Part shown: positions 9,574-17,775 of the stretch, piece by piece | How positions within the stretch are numbered: position 1 is the stretch's first letter | How the letters are laid out: each line of letters begins with the position of its first letter | Source: a virus | Direction: 5' to 3' (one strand) | Virus record (IMG/VR): IMGVR_UViG_3300012953_000013 | Coordinates: 1 to 64,000 of that record | Length of the DNA stretch: 64,000 nt | The notes under the pieces: generated by a model | Seen by the model: only the letters and a program-made list of their open reading frames with translations | Database searches by the model: none | Told to the model about the DNA's origin: nothing | Program-made: the position numbers and the translations under genes

Positions 9574-9975
9574 TTATAAGTCTCCTGCAGCACGGGCATC
9601 AGCTTCTACTTCTTCTTCGCCCTGCATATAAATTTCTTGAGCAGATTCTAGTGCGTGAAAGACCTGCTCGCCTTCCTCACCGAGATCTCCATATCGAAGG
9701 ACTCGGCCTATTCTATCCATAGCCATGTCTATAGCGTTGGGGTTTTGTTCATAAACAGTTTCAGCAAACTGCTGACTCTTTGGTCCGCCACCATTGATGT
9801 ATGCAGCTACAACAGCCTCAACTTGCTGCTGCACAGCATCTCCCAAACCAGAATAAGCCTGGGCAAATTCTATCAAGGGTGAACCGGTTTCAACTGAGTC
9901 TCCCCACATCTCATTAAGAATTTTTCTTCTTTCTTCTTTAATGACTCTTCGAATTTGGCGGCGATTCAGTCTCAT
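9574..9975 (-). CDS. Tagged acidic protein (MRLNRRQIRRVIKEE)
   Basis: Tag variant; ATGA overlap. Confidence 0.85.
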   Translation of the reverse strand: MRLNRRQIRRVIKEERRKILNEMWGDSVETGSPLIEFAQAYSGLGDAVQQQVEAVVAAYINGGGPKSQQFAETVYEQNPNAIDMAMDRIGRVLRYGDLGEEGEQVFHALESAQEIYMQGEEEVEADARAAGDL

Positions 9976-10280
9976 CTTCTCCTCCGAGAACGACGAGCTG
10001 CTCGAGCTCTGTTTTCGATCATGATCTTACGCTTTTCTTCGCGGATCATTTGGCGTAGTTTATTGCGGGTAATTCTTTGGCGGCGCTCTTCAATGGGCTC
10101 GCCTTCTGCAGCGGCAGCATCATCAGCGGCAGCATCATCCGACTCATCTAACTCTAGATCAGGTCGACGCTCGCCATCTAAATCGTCTCTACCAGAACCA
10201 GCAGAAACATCGTCTCTTGCTCTTTGGCTCTGCAGCTCGCTTAAAATTATTTTTCTAAGTTGTCTTTTGGATATTCTCAT
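9972..10280 (-). CDS. Tagged low-complexity protein, first gene of the array (MRISKRQLRKIILSE)
   Basis: Second tag ITRNKLRQMIREE; Arg-rich tail; AAGGA upstream. Confidence 0.8.
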   Translation of the reverse strand: MRISKRQLRKIILSELQSQRARDDVSAGSGRDDLDGERRPDLELDESDDAAADDAAAAEGEPIEERRQRITRNKLRQMIREEKRKIMIENRARAARRSRRRR

Positions 10281-10495
10281 CAGGGTGTTCCTTGTAATAT
10301 AAAATCAAAGAATCACCGCTTAAATACTGATTAAACTTAAAAAACAGAAATTTAGTTGTGATTCTCATTTTGCTTATTCTCCAATTGGATGGTGGGCTCA
10401 GAATCTAAACTATCCCACTCTACTATTAAAATTAACAGAGCATTACGCTCGAATTTAATTATTACCCTTTTGGTAGAAAATTAAAGTGAAAACAC

Positions 10496-10525
10496 AAAAA
10501 AACGGCCGTCTCAGGCCGTTCTTTT
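10496..10525 (-). terminator. Intrinsic terminator (possibly bidirectional)
   Basis: AACGGCC-gtctca-GGCCGTT stem with A-run and T-run flanks; separates the small-ORF operon from the tagged array. Confidence 0.75.
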
Positions 10526-10545
10526 AAATTAATTATTGCTGTCAA

Positions 10546-10845
10546 CTACTGGGTAACCTGAGCCAGTCCCTCTGTAGTCAAAAGATGTCCTGTTTTTCCA
10601 TCAGGTCTCTTCATTCTATGCCAATATCTTCCGCAAGGGTTGCGCGGCCAAGATGATCCGCCAATCCAACCAGTGGTGAAGTAAGAAGTATATTGACCAC
10701 GCATATCAGTGCCGTTAGTCCACCTCTTACCCTTATATTTGCAAAGAGCTTTTCTAGCTTCTGTGCTGGTACAACCGGGATTGTTAAAAATAAACGTTGC
10801 GAGGAAACGAATATTGTCTCCCCATTTAGTTTGATTCGTCTTCAT
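10546..10845 (-). CDS. Hypothetical basic protein
   Basis: 99 aa ORF, ATGA overlap. Confidence 0.7.
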   Translation of the reverse strand: MKTNQTKWGDNIRFLATFIFNNPGCTSTEARKALCKYKGKRWTNGTDMRGQYTSYFTTGWIGGSSWPRNPCGRYWHRMKRPDGKTGHLLTTEGLAQVTQ

Positions 10846-11282
10846 AGGTAACTCACCATAGCCGATAGAGCTTCACTGTCGCTCATTCTGTGGCCTGCTC
10901 CAACTGAAACGAGCTTGGCTCCGGACCGTGAAGAAAGATCGACGCTGTCTTCGAAAGGAACAATTTTGTCTGCTTCTGAATGAAGAATGACGGTATTACT
11001 AGGGACAGTGTCGGCTGATCCGAACATGTTCCATGCTGGAGCGATCAAAACTCGAGGAGCTCCATTTGTATCGATATTTACTGCAATTGCTCCCCCTCTT
11101 GAGGATCCAACCACAACGTCAGGCTGGTGAATATCAACAGCGTCTTGCGCGATCTGCAAGGCTTCTGCCCAGCCAGTTCGTAGATCTGGATTAATCAACT
11201 CAAATCCAGCTCCTTTAATCGCCTGCGCTTTACTTCCACCGGGCTGAGATTCTTTACCATGCAATAACAATACCTTCTTCAT
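10842..11282 (-). CDS. Alpha/beta-hydrolase (YqiA-like esterase)
   Basis: LLLHG, GSSRGG nucleophile elbow, D (SEADK), GAGH. Confidence 0.8.
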   Translation of the reverse strand: MKKVLLLHGKESQPGGSKAQAIKGAGFELINPDLRTGWAEALQIAQDAVDIHQPDVVVGSSRGGAIAVNIDTNGAPRVLIAPAWNMFGSADTVPSNTVILHSEADKIVPFEDSVDLSSRSGAKLVSVGAGHRMSDSEALSAMVSYL

Positions 11283-11524
11283 TATTTAGCTCCTGCTTCT
11301 ACAAGTTTCTTAAATTTTGTATCTCCGCAAACTATTCGACGTGTCTTTCCAGTTTCTGGAATGACAATGTTAAATGCTGTACAGTAAACTCCTGCAAGGT
11401 GTCCCATTCCAGCTTCTACCATTTCATAATCTTGAGACTCCATTTTTCGATGTGTGTACATATTAGAAGTTACGATAGCTTTTACACCGTTTCTTAACTC
11501 GATTAAATCTCCTTCCTTAACCAT
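11282..11524 (-). CDS. Small GDLV (KOW/SH3-like) protein
   Basis: MVKEGDLIEL start, refined from 11542. Confidence 0.65.
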   Translation of the reverse strand: MVKEGDLIELRNGVKAIVTSNMYTHRKMESQDYEMVEAGMGHLAGVYCTAFNIVIPETGKTRRIVCGDTKFKKLVEAGAK

Positions 11525-11756
11525 TTTGCCTCCGAGCAACATTGTTTTTATTTCTTGGGTTATTGTTAAATCTAGGATTAACCGGTCCGCCGTTCAAATA
11601 ACGGTTTTTCTGAAACTCAGCAGTATTGTAGAAAAGCTCTGAGTCACATCGAGAACAGATTCCAACTCCTCTTCGTCGCTCTGTGCCCATTACCACTGTC
11701 TCTACAGCACCGCACTTTGAACATTTTCCAGACTTAAAAAACAACTTCTCATACAT
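11517..11756 (-). CDS. Zn-ribbon hypothetical protein
   Basis: CSKC...CSRC; AAGGAG RBS. Confidence 0.7.
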   Translation of the reverse strand: MYEKLFFKSGKCSKCGAVETVVMGTERRRGVGICSRCDSELFYNTAEFQKNRYLNGGPVNPRFNNNPRNKNNVARRQNG

Positions 11757-11798
11757 TGGGCTTTTCTCCTTTTAGTTAATTGCCTCAATACCTTTTAT

Positions 11799-11827
11799 AT
11801 TATAACTCGCGCGTACGCGATTTACAA
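11799..11827 (-). promoter_or_regulatory. Sigma70-like promoter TTGTAA-N17-TATAAT with palindromic CG-rich spacer
   Basis: Read directly; spacer contains the palindrome CGCGTACGCG. Confidence 0.55.
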
Positions 11828-11829
11828 AA

Positions 11830-12351
11830 CTAATACCGGCGTCGCGTGGACTTGCGATACCGCGATTTCCTCTTAAATTGATTCTTATTGGCTGACTTTT
11901 CTTCGTCGCTAAGCCAACAAATTTCTGCGCAAACCTTATTTCCGCTCTTGGCGAGAAACTTCGGCGCGCCGCAACTATTGCAGCAATCTCCAGTCTTAGC
12001 AGACTTCCAAGTGCTCCGCATACGTTGGTACATACGCTCAACAATATCTTCAATGTTTCCAGTTCGGTGAACTCGGGTCGACTTCACAATCCCCTTAGTT
12101 GATCCTTCCCTTGTGTTATAAGTCGCACAAACTCGAATCGCGTCTTTGCCAGAGCTTCGGACTTCTTGACCAACGATAGTCGTAAAGACGTTAACATCAA
12201 TATTAGCGTCTGGAATAGCCCGAGTAAAGACTCGTTCTGAAGTACCACGAACAGTGCTGGTCTCCTCAAAGCCGCACTCTTCGAGTTTATTGAGAATGCT
12301 CATTGCTAGCATTTCTCTGAGAATTTGAAGTTCTGGATCGTAATCAGACAT
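11830..12351 (-). CDS. Hypothetical protein with C-terminal Cys cluster and basic tail
   Basis: Start refined to MSDYDPEL, downstream of the promoter at 12397-12425. Confidence 0.75.
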   Translation of the reverse strand: MSDYDPELQILREMLAMSILNKLEECGFEETSTVRGTSERVFTRAIPDANIDVNVFTTIVGQEVRSSGKDAIRVCATYNTREGSTKGIVKSTRVHRTGNIEDIVERMYQRMRSTWKSAKTGDCCNSCGAPKFLAKSGNKVCAEICWLSDEEKSANKNQFKRKSRYRKSTRRRY

Positions 12352-12396
12352 TTTTTCCTGGAGTTTGGGTTCCGAATCCTTATTCCTTATATTATT

Positions 12397-12425
12397 ATTA
12401 TACCACACTGAAGGACTTATTTCAC
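12397..12425 (-). promoter_or_regulatory. GTGAAA-N17-TATAAT promoter (extended -10 TGG)
   Basis: ctGTGAAAtaagtccttcagtgtggTATAAT; one of 8 copies. Confidence 0.75.
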
Positions 12426-12640
12426 AGATTCCCCCCACAAACTTCAAACTTGTCAGCACTAAAATCTGAAACGCACGTGTATTTATCGAAATACTTTACG
12501 GGGTTTAGCCACTTTACTCGACAGTGAGCTTTACCGTCAGAAGCTCTTGCTGTATAACTCTCGACAGTAGCCATTTGCCCGTAAAACCACTTAGCATATG
12601 AACCCTCATCAACAAACATTACCAAATCACCTACTTTCAT
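12422..12640 (-). CDS. Small GDLV (KOW/SH3-like) protein
   Basis: MKVGDLVMFV. Confidence 0.75.
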   Translation of the reverse strand: MKVGDLVMFVDEGSYAKWFYGQMATVESYTARASDGKAHCRVKWLNPVKYFDKYTCVSDFSADKFEVCGGNL

Positions 12641-12767
12641 TATTTCCCTCAACTTTACGTAATTTTTGTAATTGAAAGCGTAACCAGGCTCCTATAAAAG
12701 GAATAGACCCAATTAGCGCTAGTAAAAAATTCCATTCTCCATGGCAGTTTGATAAGTGTTCAAACAT
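12627..12767 (-). CDS. 46-aa membrane peptide (MFEHLSNCHGEW...)
   Basis: Translated by hand; TAATG coupling; one TM helix. Confidence 0.55.
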   Translation of the reverse strand: MFEHLSNCHGEWNFLLALIGSIPFIGAWLRFQLQKLRKVEGNNESR

Positions 12768-12949
12768 TATGGTCTCTCCATTATATCTTCCCACCACTCA
12801 ATACACTCTTCGGGAGAACTCTTCCCATCGCATATTCCTGGCGGCGGCTGTGGGACTCCCCAGACTAACAAAAAGCTCATTACTCCCAGAAAAGCACCCA
12901 CTCCGAATCCGAGTAAAACAGCATTAACATATTCTTTATTGATTTTCAT
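12767..12949 (-). CDS. Small membrane protein
   Basis: One TM helix followed by a Cys pair. Confidence 0.65.
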   Translation of the reverse strand: MKINKEYVNAVLLGFGVGAFLGVMSFLLVWGVPQPPPGICDGKSSPEECIEWWEDIMERP

Positions 12950-13157
12950 TGACTACCTCTAAATGATTGACGTTTAGTGTTATATTATCTTCACCAAAAT
13001 TTACCAAGCAACTGTTTCTGCTGATTTGAATGACCACACCAACACGCCCAGCAATCTGCTTTTGGATCCTCATAAAGTATTTAACCGCTGTTAAATTTGC
13101 TCCGGACTTTAGAGCTGCTTTGCTTGGGCTGAATTTTACTAGATCTCCACTCTTCAC
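12936..13157 (-). CDS. Small GDLV protein
   Basis: MKSGDLVKF. Confidence 0.75.
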   Translation of the reverse strand: MKSGDLVKFSPSKAALKSGANLTAVKYFMRIQKQIAGRVGVVIQISRNSCLVNFGEDNITLNVNHLEVVNENQ

Positions 13158-13471
13158 TTGGGCACCTTGTTTAAGATTCCGTGAGACAGTAAAACTTCTT
13201 GCTTATAATCTTCAAAAGTAGCAGGAGTCATTCCTCCTCGGACAGTCTCAAGTTCTTCCATGGTTAATTCTCTGTCAAGTTCAATAAGCTCTAGATAACA
13301 ATCATGCTCTCTTGATACTTTTCCATCAGACCAATAAACTTCAGCAGAAAATCTCTTGGGAAAGGCTCCGGGATAGACTTCAAGTACTACTCCAGGGTTT
13401 TGATAATCTTTTTTTGCATTCTCAAATACCCAGGCATCAGTATGAAAATTAACCAAATCTCCAACTTTCAT
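13154..13471 (-). CDS. GDLV protein fused to a double-glycine-leader-like segment
   Basis: MKVGDLVNF...; ELTMEELETVRGG followed by 25 aa. Confidence 0.75.
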   Translation of the reverse strand: MKVGDLVNFHTDAWVFENAKKDYQNPGVVLEVYPGAFPKRFSAEVYWSDGKVSREHDCYLELIELDRELTMEELETVRGGMTPATFEDYKQEVLLSHGILNKVPK

Positions 13472-13544
13472 TCTGACCCTCCGTAAAAATACTCACTAAC
13501 AAAATACGTTAATACAAGTATTGCAATTGACCACCAAACAAAAT

Positions 13545-13691
13545 TCACTGCTCTATTTTCCTCACTACTCTCTTCAAATATTTTCCAACGACATCAGAGC
13601 CAAGCTCTATTCCAAAAATCCAATCTTCATTAGAGTCTACAACCAACACGGTCCTACTCATATATTTTACAAGGTCGCCTGCACTAATCAT
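13545..13691 (-). CDS. 48-aa GDLV protein (MISAGDLVKY...)
   Basis: Translated by hand, below the ORF-track cutoff. Confidence 0.6.
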   Translation of the reverse strand: MISAGDLVKYMSRTVLVVDSNEDWIFGIELGSDVVGKYLKRVVRKIEQ

Positions 13692-13837
13692 TTTCTATCT
13701 CTGCTTGTCCAAACTCAACAGCAATTTTTGCATAATGCCGAGCCATTTTTTTACAGTACGATTTTCCTGTTTCCTCGTATTTTCGATTCCACCTCAAATA
13801 AATTGTGTAGTAGTCAGGAATACCTGTAAGACTAGAT

Positions 13838-14044
13838 TTAGCTGGCTTTACTTTCAATTACCACCTCTCTACAAAAATCATAAGCTTCCCTAGAGTCGCT
13901 ACCGACTTGAATCATACATTCCATTACTTCATTTAGAAAGTAATATCTTGGAGAATAAAAAAGCCACCAAGCTGCGAAACAGATGCCGGTGATAACTAAA
14001 ACACCAGACAGCTCGATACAAAACCGCTTAGTTGATTCTCTCAT
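13838..14044 (-). CDS. Small membrane protein
   Basis: Start refined to MRESTKRF; one TM helix. Confidence 0.6.
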   Translation of the reverse strand: MRESTKRFCIELSGVLVITGICFAAWWLFYSPRYYFLNEVMECMIQVGSDSREAYDFCREVVIESKAS

Positions 14045-14045
14045 T

Positions 14046-14351
14046 TTATATCCAGCTCTCATCATTATCACAAATCTCCATAGGGGGCATCTCTCCAGAC
14101 TCCCAGCCACCGTGGCGCTCAATAACTTCAAGAACAACCGCACTTGGTACCCATCCGTATATTGTACTAGTTGGCGTTGAGGGATTCTCTGCGTACGGCA
14201 GAAGGAGGGGATCGGATGAAGATGGGTATCCAACCTCAACTGAAAAGTATGGACCCTGATCGTCTTTTGGGGTGCAGTAAGCGCCCTCATTTCCTTGTAC
14301 TGACATCGAAAAACCGTCAGCGCATTTGATTGGTGAATATTTCTTTTTCAT
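14046..14351 (-). CDS. Hypothetical phage protein (CADGFSMSVQ...)
   Basis: 101 aa, globular composition. Confidence 0.75.
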   Translation of the reverse strand: MKKKYSPIKCADGFSMSVQGNEGAYCTPKDDQGPYFSVEVGYPSSSDPLLLPYAENPSTPTSTIYGWVPSAVVLEVIERHGGWESGEMPPMEICDNDESWI

Positions 14352-14573
14352 CTATAAATTCCTCGTCAATGCCTGCGGCATAAAAGTTATTTTTTTAAAT
14401 ATCGGCCGTGGAAGCCATTCAGGTTTAACAGTAACAACAACCCGAACTGAGAAGTCGTTAGCTTCTAATACAACCATTGGAGTCTTATAAGAAGCTGCCC
14501 ATTTGACTAGCCAAGTGTCATGTTTCGATATGTAGTTTTTCTTTACTCTAACAAAATCTCCAGGATTTAACAT
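14352..14573 (-). CDS. Small GDLV protein
   Basis: MLNPGDFVRV, start refined to 14573. Confidence 0.7.
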   Translation of the reverse strand: MLNPGDFVRVKKNYISKHDTWLVKWAASYKTPMVVLEANDFSVRVVVTVKPEWLPRPIFKKITFMPQALTRNL

Positions 14574-14574
14574 T

Positions 14575-14742
14575 TTAACACCCGCACAGTTCAGCACATT
14601 GGCTAGCGATGAACCCAACTTCGAAATACCAGACGCAGAAAATGCCGGTGATGACGAAAGCTAGTTGAAGCCCCGCGGCTTGAAAACCGAGACGAGACTG
14701 TTCTTTTTGTAGTTTAGCAATTTGTTTATCTTGATCGGTCAA
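14575..14742 (-). CDS. 55-aa membrane protein (TTG start)
   Basis: Translated by hand: MTDQDKQIAKL...CAELCGC; AGGAAGG RBS. Confidence 0.55.
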   Translation of the reverse strand: MTDQDKQIAKLQKEQSRLGFQAAGLQLAFVITGIFCVWYFEVGFIASQCAELCGC

Positions 14743-14762
14743 AAAAACCTTCCTAGCTAAAG

Positions 14763-14987
14763 TTATCGATTTTCAAGGTAATCTAGAATCCAAACGTCTG
14801 GCTCGCCAGTTCGAGCTTTTGCAACTCCATACGGCATGCGGATAGGACCGTCAAATGCAAAGTATTCATATAGTTTTTGAAAAGCAGAACTATCATAAAA
14901 GTCTCTGCTAGAGTTAATGTATTGCGGCATTAGAGCTACCTCTTCTGGTGAGAGATTAGCATTGCTGTAAATTTCTTCTAGTGACAT
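14763..14987 (-). CDS. Hypothetical protein
   Basis: 74 aa; GGAGGT RBS. Confidence 0.75.
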   Translation of the reverse strand: MSLEEIYSNANLSPEEVALMPQYINSSRDFYDSSAFQKLYEYFAFDGPIRMPYGVAKARTGEPDVWILDYLENR

Positions 14988-14994
14988 AACACCT

Positions 14995-15140
14995 CCAAGA
15001 GTGGTTTAGGGAGAAGGGTTTAGAGACCTAATCTTTAGCTCCAGACGGCCGTATCGGCGCGAACAGTGTATCCCTAAGATACCTAGCTTTAGATGCCAGA
15101 CGACTAACTCAATAGTACGAGCAGTGTCCCTATCACCTTA
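14995..15140 (-). ncRNA. Candidate tandem structured 5' leader RNA (two ~55 nt units)
   Basis: Two imperfect repeats TAGGGA(TA)CACTGYTCG-[hairpin]-CGTCTGG..CTAAAG with different but pairing central stems. Confidence 0.45.
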
Positions 15141-15147
15141 TATTAAT

Positions 15148-15176
15148 ATTATACCACACTGAGAAGGGAATTTCAC
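15148..15176 (-). promoter_or_regulatory. GTGAAA-N17-TATAAT promoter
   Basis: ctGTGAAAttcccttctcagtgtggTATAAT. Confidence 0.75.
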
Positions 15177-15194
15177 AGATTCCCCCAATTATTT

Positions 15195-15839
15195 TTAACT
15201 AGAGTTTCTTTTTATTGCAGTCAAAATATTGGGTTTTTCAAAGCCAGCGAAACGAAGAATATTTTCGACTCCCTGTTCTGTGTTTAAGTCATCGACGTTA
15301 AAGATTTTAACATTCTCTGGATACTCGGCTTGAAGTGTTCTACAACGGTTGTAGTAATCAGTACAATACATTCGGATAGCTTCTTCTTGTGAAACTCCAT
15401 TATACTTTGGATATGATGCATCCCACTCGTTAGTCACAAGATTTGGGTCTTCATGGTCTTGAAGCGGGTTGTTGTTGTTTTTCTTAAATTTTGCTAAATA
15501 GCTCGTAACAATCTCTTCAATAGGCCTTTCGAGAACTATAAACTTGAAACTAAATCCGTCTCTAAGGTGAGGAATAGCAGCAAAACTGTTCATCAAAAAT
15601 GGTACCCACTGAACGTAATATGATCCTACGTCTCCCACAGTATTCCAAATCATGGATTGATGATGAAGCTGTTCCCACCTATATTGAATTGCTGCATTGT
15701 TAGTTGTATCCCATGGGAGGATTGGAAAAAGCTCGTGAGAAACTAGAGCTCCTTCTTGCTCATTCAAAAGCCAAGCTAAAGAAGAAGACCCACATCTTCC
15801 AGGGCCGAGTCCAAACACTAAATTTTTCTTAAGTTTCAT
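15195..15839 (-). CDS. Sulfotransferase-family (P-loop-like) protein
   Basis: N-terminal GLGPGRCGSSSLAWLLN; FIVLER motif. Confidence 0.6.
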   Translation of the reverse strand: MKLKKNLVFGLGPGRCGSSSLAWLLNEQEGALVSHELFPILPWDTTNNAAIQYRWEQLHHQSMIWNTVGDVGSYYVQWVPFLMNSFAAIPHLRDGFSFKFIVLERPIEEIVTSYLAKFKKNNNNPLQDHEDPNLVTNEWDASYPKYNGVSQEEAIRMYCTDYYNRCRTLQAEYPENVKIFNVDDLNTEQGVENILRFAGFEKPNILTAIKRNSS

Positions 15840-15848
15840 TATATTTCC

Positions 15849-17081
15849 TTATCTGTCGTTTCTAAAGCAGACAAAAGTTGGAAATCTCAATGACCCATCT
15901 TCTGTTACTTCTTGATATCTTACTTCTACAATCCTGCCAGTAAATTCTTTTCGATCATTCCAGATTTTTTCTCGGAGATCATCTGAGAATCCGGATCCAA
16001 CCTTTACTGTTACACCATTATAGTCTATTACAATTGCCCCGAGCTTACCCTCGTGTTTACCTGTGCCCTCTTCGAAACCCATTATTGGAAGGTCAACGTC
16101 ATGGAAAGCTTTAAATTTCATGACTTCCCAACCTCGACCAAATTTATAGGGAGCGTTAGGGTCTTTAATCATAGCCCCCTCATATCCCTGTTCAACGTAT
16201 TCGTCGTGACAGCTCTTAATTTCTTCATAGTCTCCAGAAATTAAACATCGTTCTACTGGCATCAAGAGATCCCAAGCAGTGCAGTTTTCATTTAACCTCT
16301 TAAGAAGCTCTGAATAGCGGGCACTACAGGACATGCTTGTTTTTCGACTGTCCCACTCCTCTAGGGGAAGATAGTCGAAAAGGGCAAGATAAGTTCCCGA
16401 AGCGTCTACGTCATCTTTTCGGTAAGCTTGACGCATGAGCGAAATAAAGTCTTCGCCCATAAGCTCTCCGTCGTAGCATCCATCCCCAAGCTTGATCAGC
16501 TCTGGGCCGATAGTTGACTCAAAATTTGTTATATGTTTGCCAGACCTGGCAAACATATTGACTTCTCCATCCCTCACGATCGAAAAACACCTAATTCCGT
16601 CCAACTTGGGCTCTAGAATAATGTCAGATGAACCATTCAACCGGTTTTGATGGAACTTATTAGCCAAGGAGAGCTCGAAGGTCTGAATTAAATCTGGGAA
16701 CGCCTTTTTGAGGGTTTTTGACGAAACTCCAATTGCGAGGTGCTTTTTTAAGATTTTCCTCATCCAGAACTCGTCTTCTTCTTTTACGCTAGAGAAACAA
16801 GCTGAAATTCTGTCAATTGCAGCATTTCCAGTTACACTTCTACTGGCGCATTCATCAGCAATCTTAAAAAACTCTTTCCAAGACTCTGTTTCCCCCAAGG
16901 GAAAATCGATGCGAGATCTTGTCTTTGGTACCTTAACTACATGGAAAGGCATCATGTGGTCAACACCATACTTTAGGGCTTTTTGCAACCTGGCGTTTTC
17001 TTTATGAGACTTTAGAATCTCAAGCTTAGCATTAGAGCTTGATGTATCTTTAATTTGCTGTAGAATTTCTGAAATATTCAC
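15849..17081 (-). CDS. lig: ATP-dependent DNA ligase
   Basis: EPKLDGIR (motif I), YDGEL, EGAMIK, KFK, OB-fold VKVGSGF...SLRFP. Confidence 0.93.
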   Translation of the reverse strand: MNISEILQQIKDTSSSNAKLEILKSHKENARLQKALKYGVDHMMPFHVVKVPKTRSRIDFPLGETESWKEFFKIADECASRSVTGNAAIDRISACFSSVKEEDEFWMRKILKKHLAIGVSSKTLKKAFPDLIQTFELSLANKFHQNRLNGSSDIILEPKLDGIRCFSIVRDGEVNMFARSGKHITNFESTIGPELIKLGDGCYDGELMGEDFISLMRQAYRKDDVDASGTYLALFDYLPLEEWDSRKTSMSCSARYSELLKRLNENCTAWDLLMPVERCLISGDYEEIKSCHDEYVEQGYEGAMIKDPNAPYKFGRGWEVMKFKAFHDVDLPIMGFEEGTGKHEGKLGAIVIDYNGVTVKVGSGFSDDLREKIWNDRKEFTGRIVEVRYQEVTEDGSLRFPTFVCFRNDR

Positions 17082-17317
17082 GGATCACACTTTTTGATAG
17101 AGAGTTCAATAGTCTTCTTTGCTTCAATAACGTATCCTCCGTGCCTGTATACGAACCTGCTAGAAGTTGTCGGGCCTGTACTTACAGATATTACGTTTGG
17201 ATGGGTTTCGCACTTGTCTGTTATGAGGTCTCGCATTTTGTCAGTTACTCCAACTTCATGCAACTCTTGAGAGAATTTCCTCATAAGCTCAAGATATTTC
17301 TCTTTATGCATTTTCAT
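17078..17317 (-). CDS. Hypothetical protein
   Basis: 79 aa ORF in operon. Confidence 0.65.
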   Translation of the reverse strand: MKMHKEKYLELMRKFSQELHEVGVTDKMRDLITDKCETHPNVISVSTGPTTSSRFVYRHGGYVIEAKKTIELSIKKCDP

Positions 17318-17543
17318 TTTTCTTCTCGGTTTTTCTTTTTACCAACTTAAGCTTATACAAATCTACCCATCGTACCGTTTCATTAACAAGAACACTTCCG
17401 GTTATTGAACCTTCACCAACTTTATGGTTGATCTCTGTCACAACTCCTATAAAGGGCTTCCCCGTCACGTAATCATGACCAATCTCTACTAAGTCTCCTA
17501 TTTCTGGCGGGTCATTACAGGGATTTTGTTTCTTGTTTTTCAT
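17304..17543 (-). CDS. Small GDLV protein
   Basis: PEIGDLVEIG; start refined to MKNKKQ. Confidence 0.65.
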   Translation of the reverse strand: MKNKKQNPCNDPPEIGDLVEIGHDYVTGKPFIGVVTEINHKVGEGSITGSVLVNETVRWVDLYKLKLVKRKTEKKNENA

Positions 17544-17775
17544 CGCGAATAACCTCGAGTTCATCAGTGTAGTGCACATTAATAGTTCCACATTCCCACA
17601 TAACACGAGCTCCTTGGGGTTCAGTTTCTAGATAAGACAGCTCTAAATCAGTTTCGATAAACTCAGCGCCATTTCTAAAAAGCTCTTCGGTTATATTGAT
17701 GTGGGTTTCTAAAACCATACCATGGTTATAATCTTCACAGTCTACATTGTTTACTAATTGACCCGCTTTAATCAT
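17515..17775 (-). CDS. Small GDLV-like protein
   Basis: MIKAGQLVN. Confidence 0.7.
   Translation of the reverse strand: MIKAGQLVNNVDCEDYNHGMVLETHINITEELFRNGAEFIETDLELSYLETEPQGARVMWECGTINVHYTDELEVIRDEKQETKSL

Noticed and set aside
6406-9599. Long 5' extensions given by the ORF track (7062, 7312, 8736, 9599; also 1337, 2272, 14290, 25472)
   Set aside because: They overlap upstream genes or promoters; the downstream ATG (the tag ATG in the array) is the consistent start
14995-15140. Mini CRISPR array
   Set aside because: Only two units; the spacer-like parts are 12-15 nt self-complementary hairpins; no cas genes in the window
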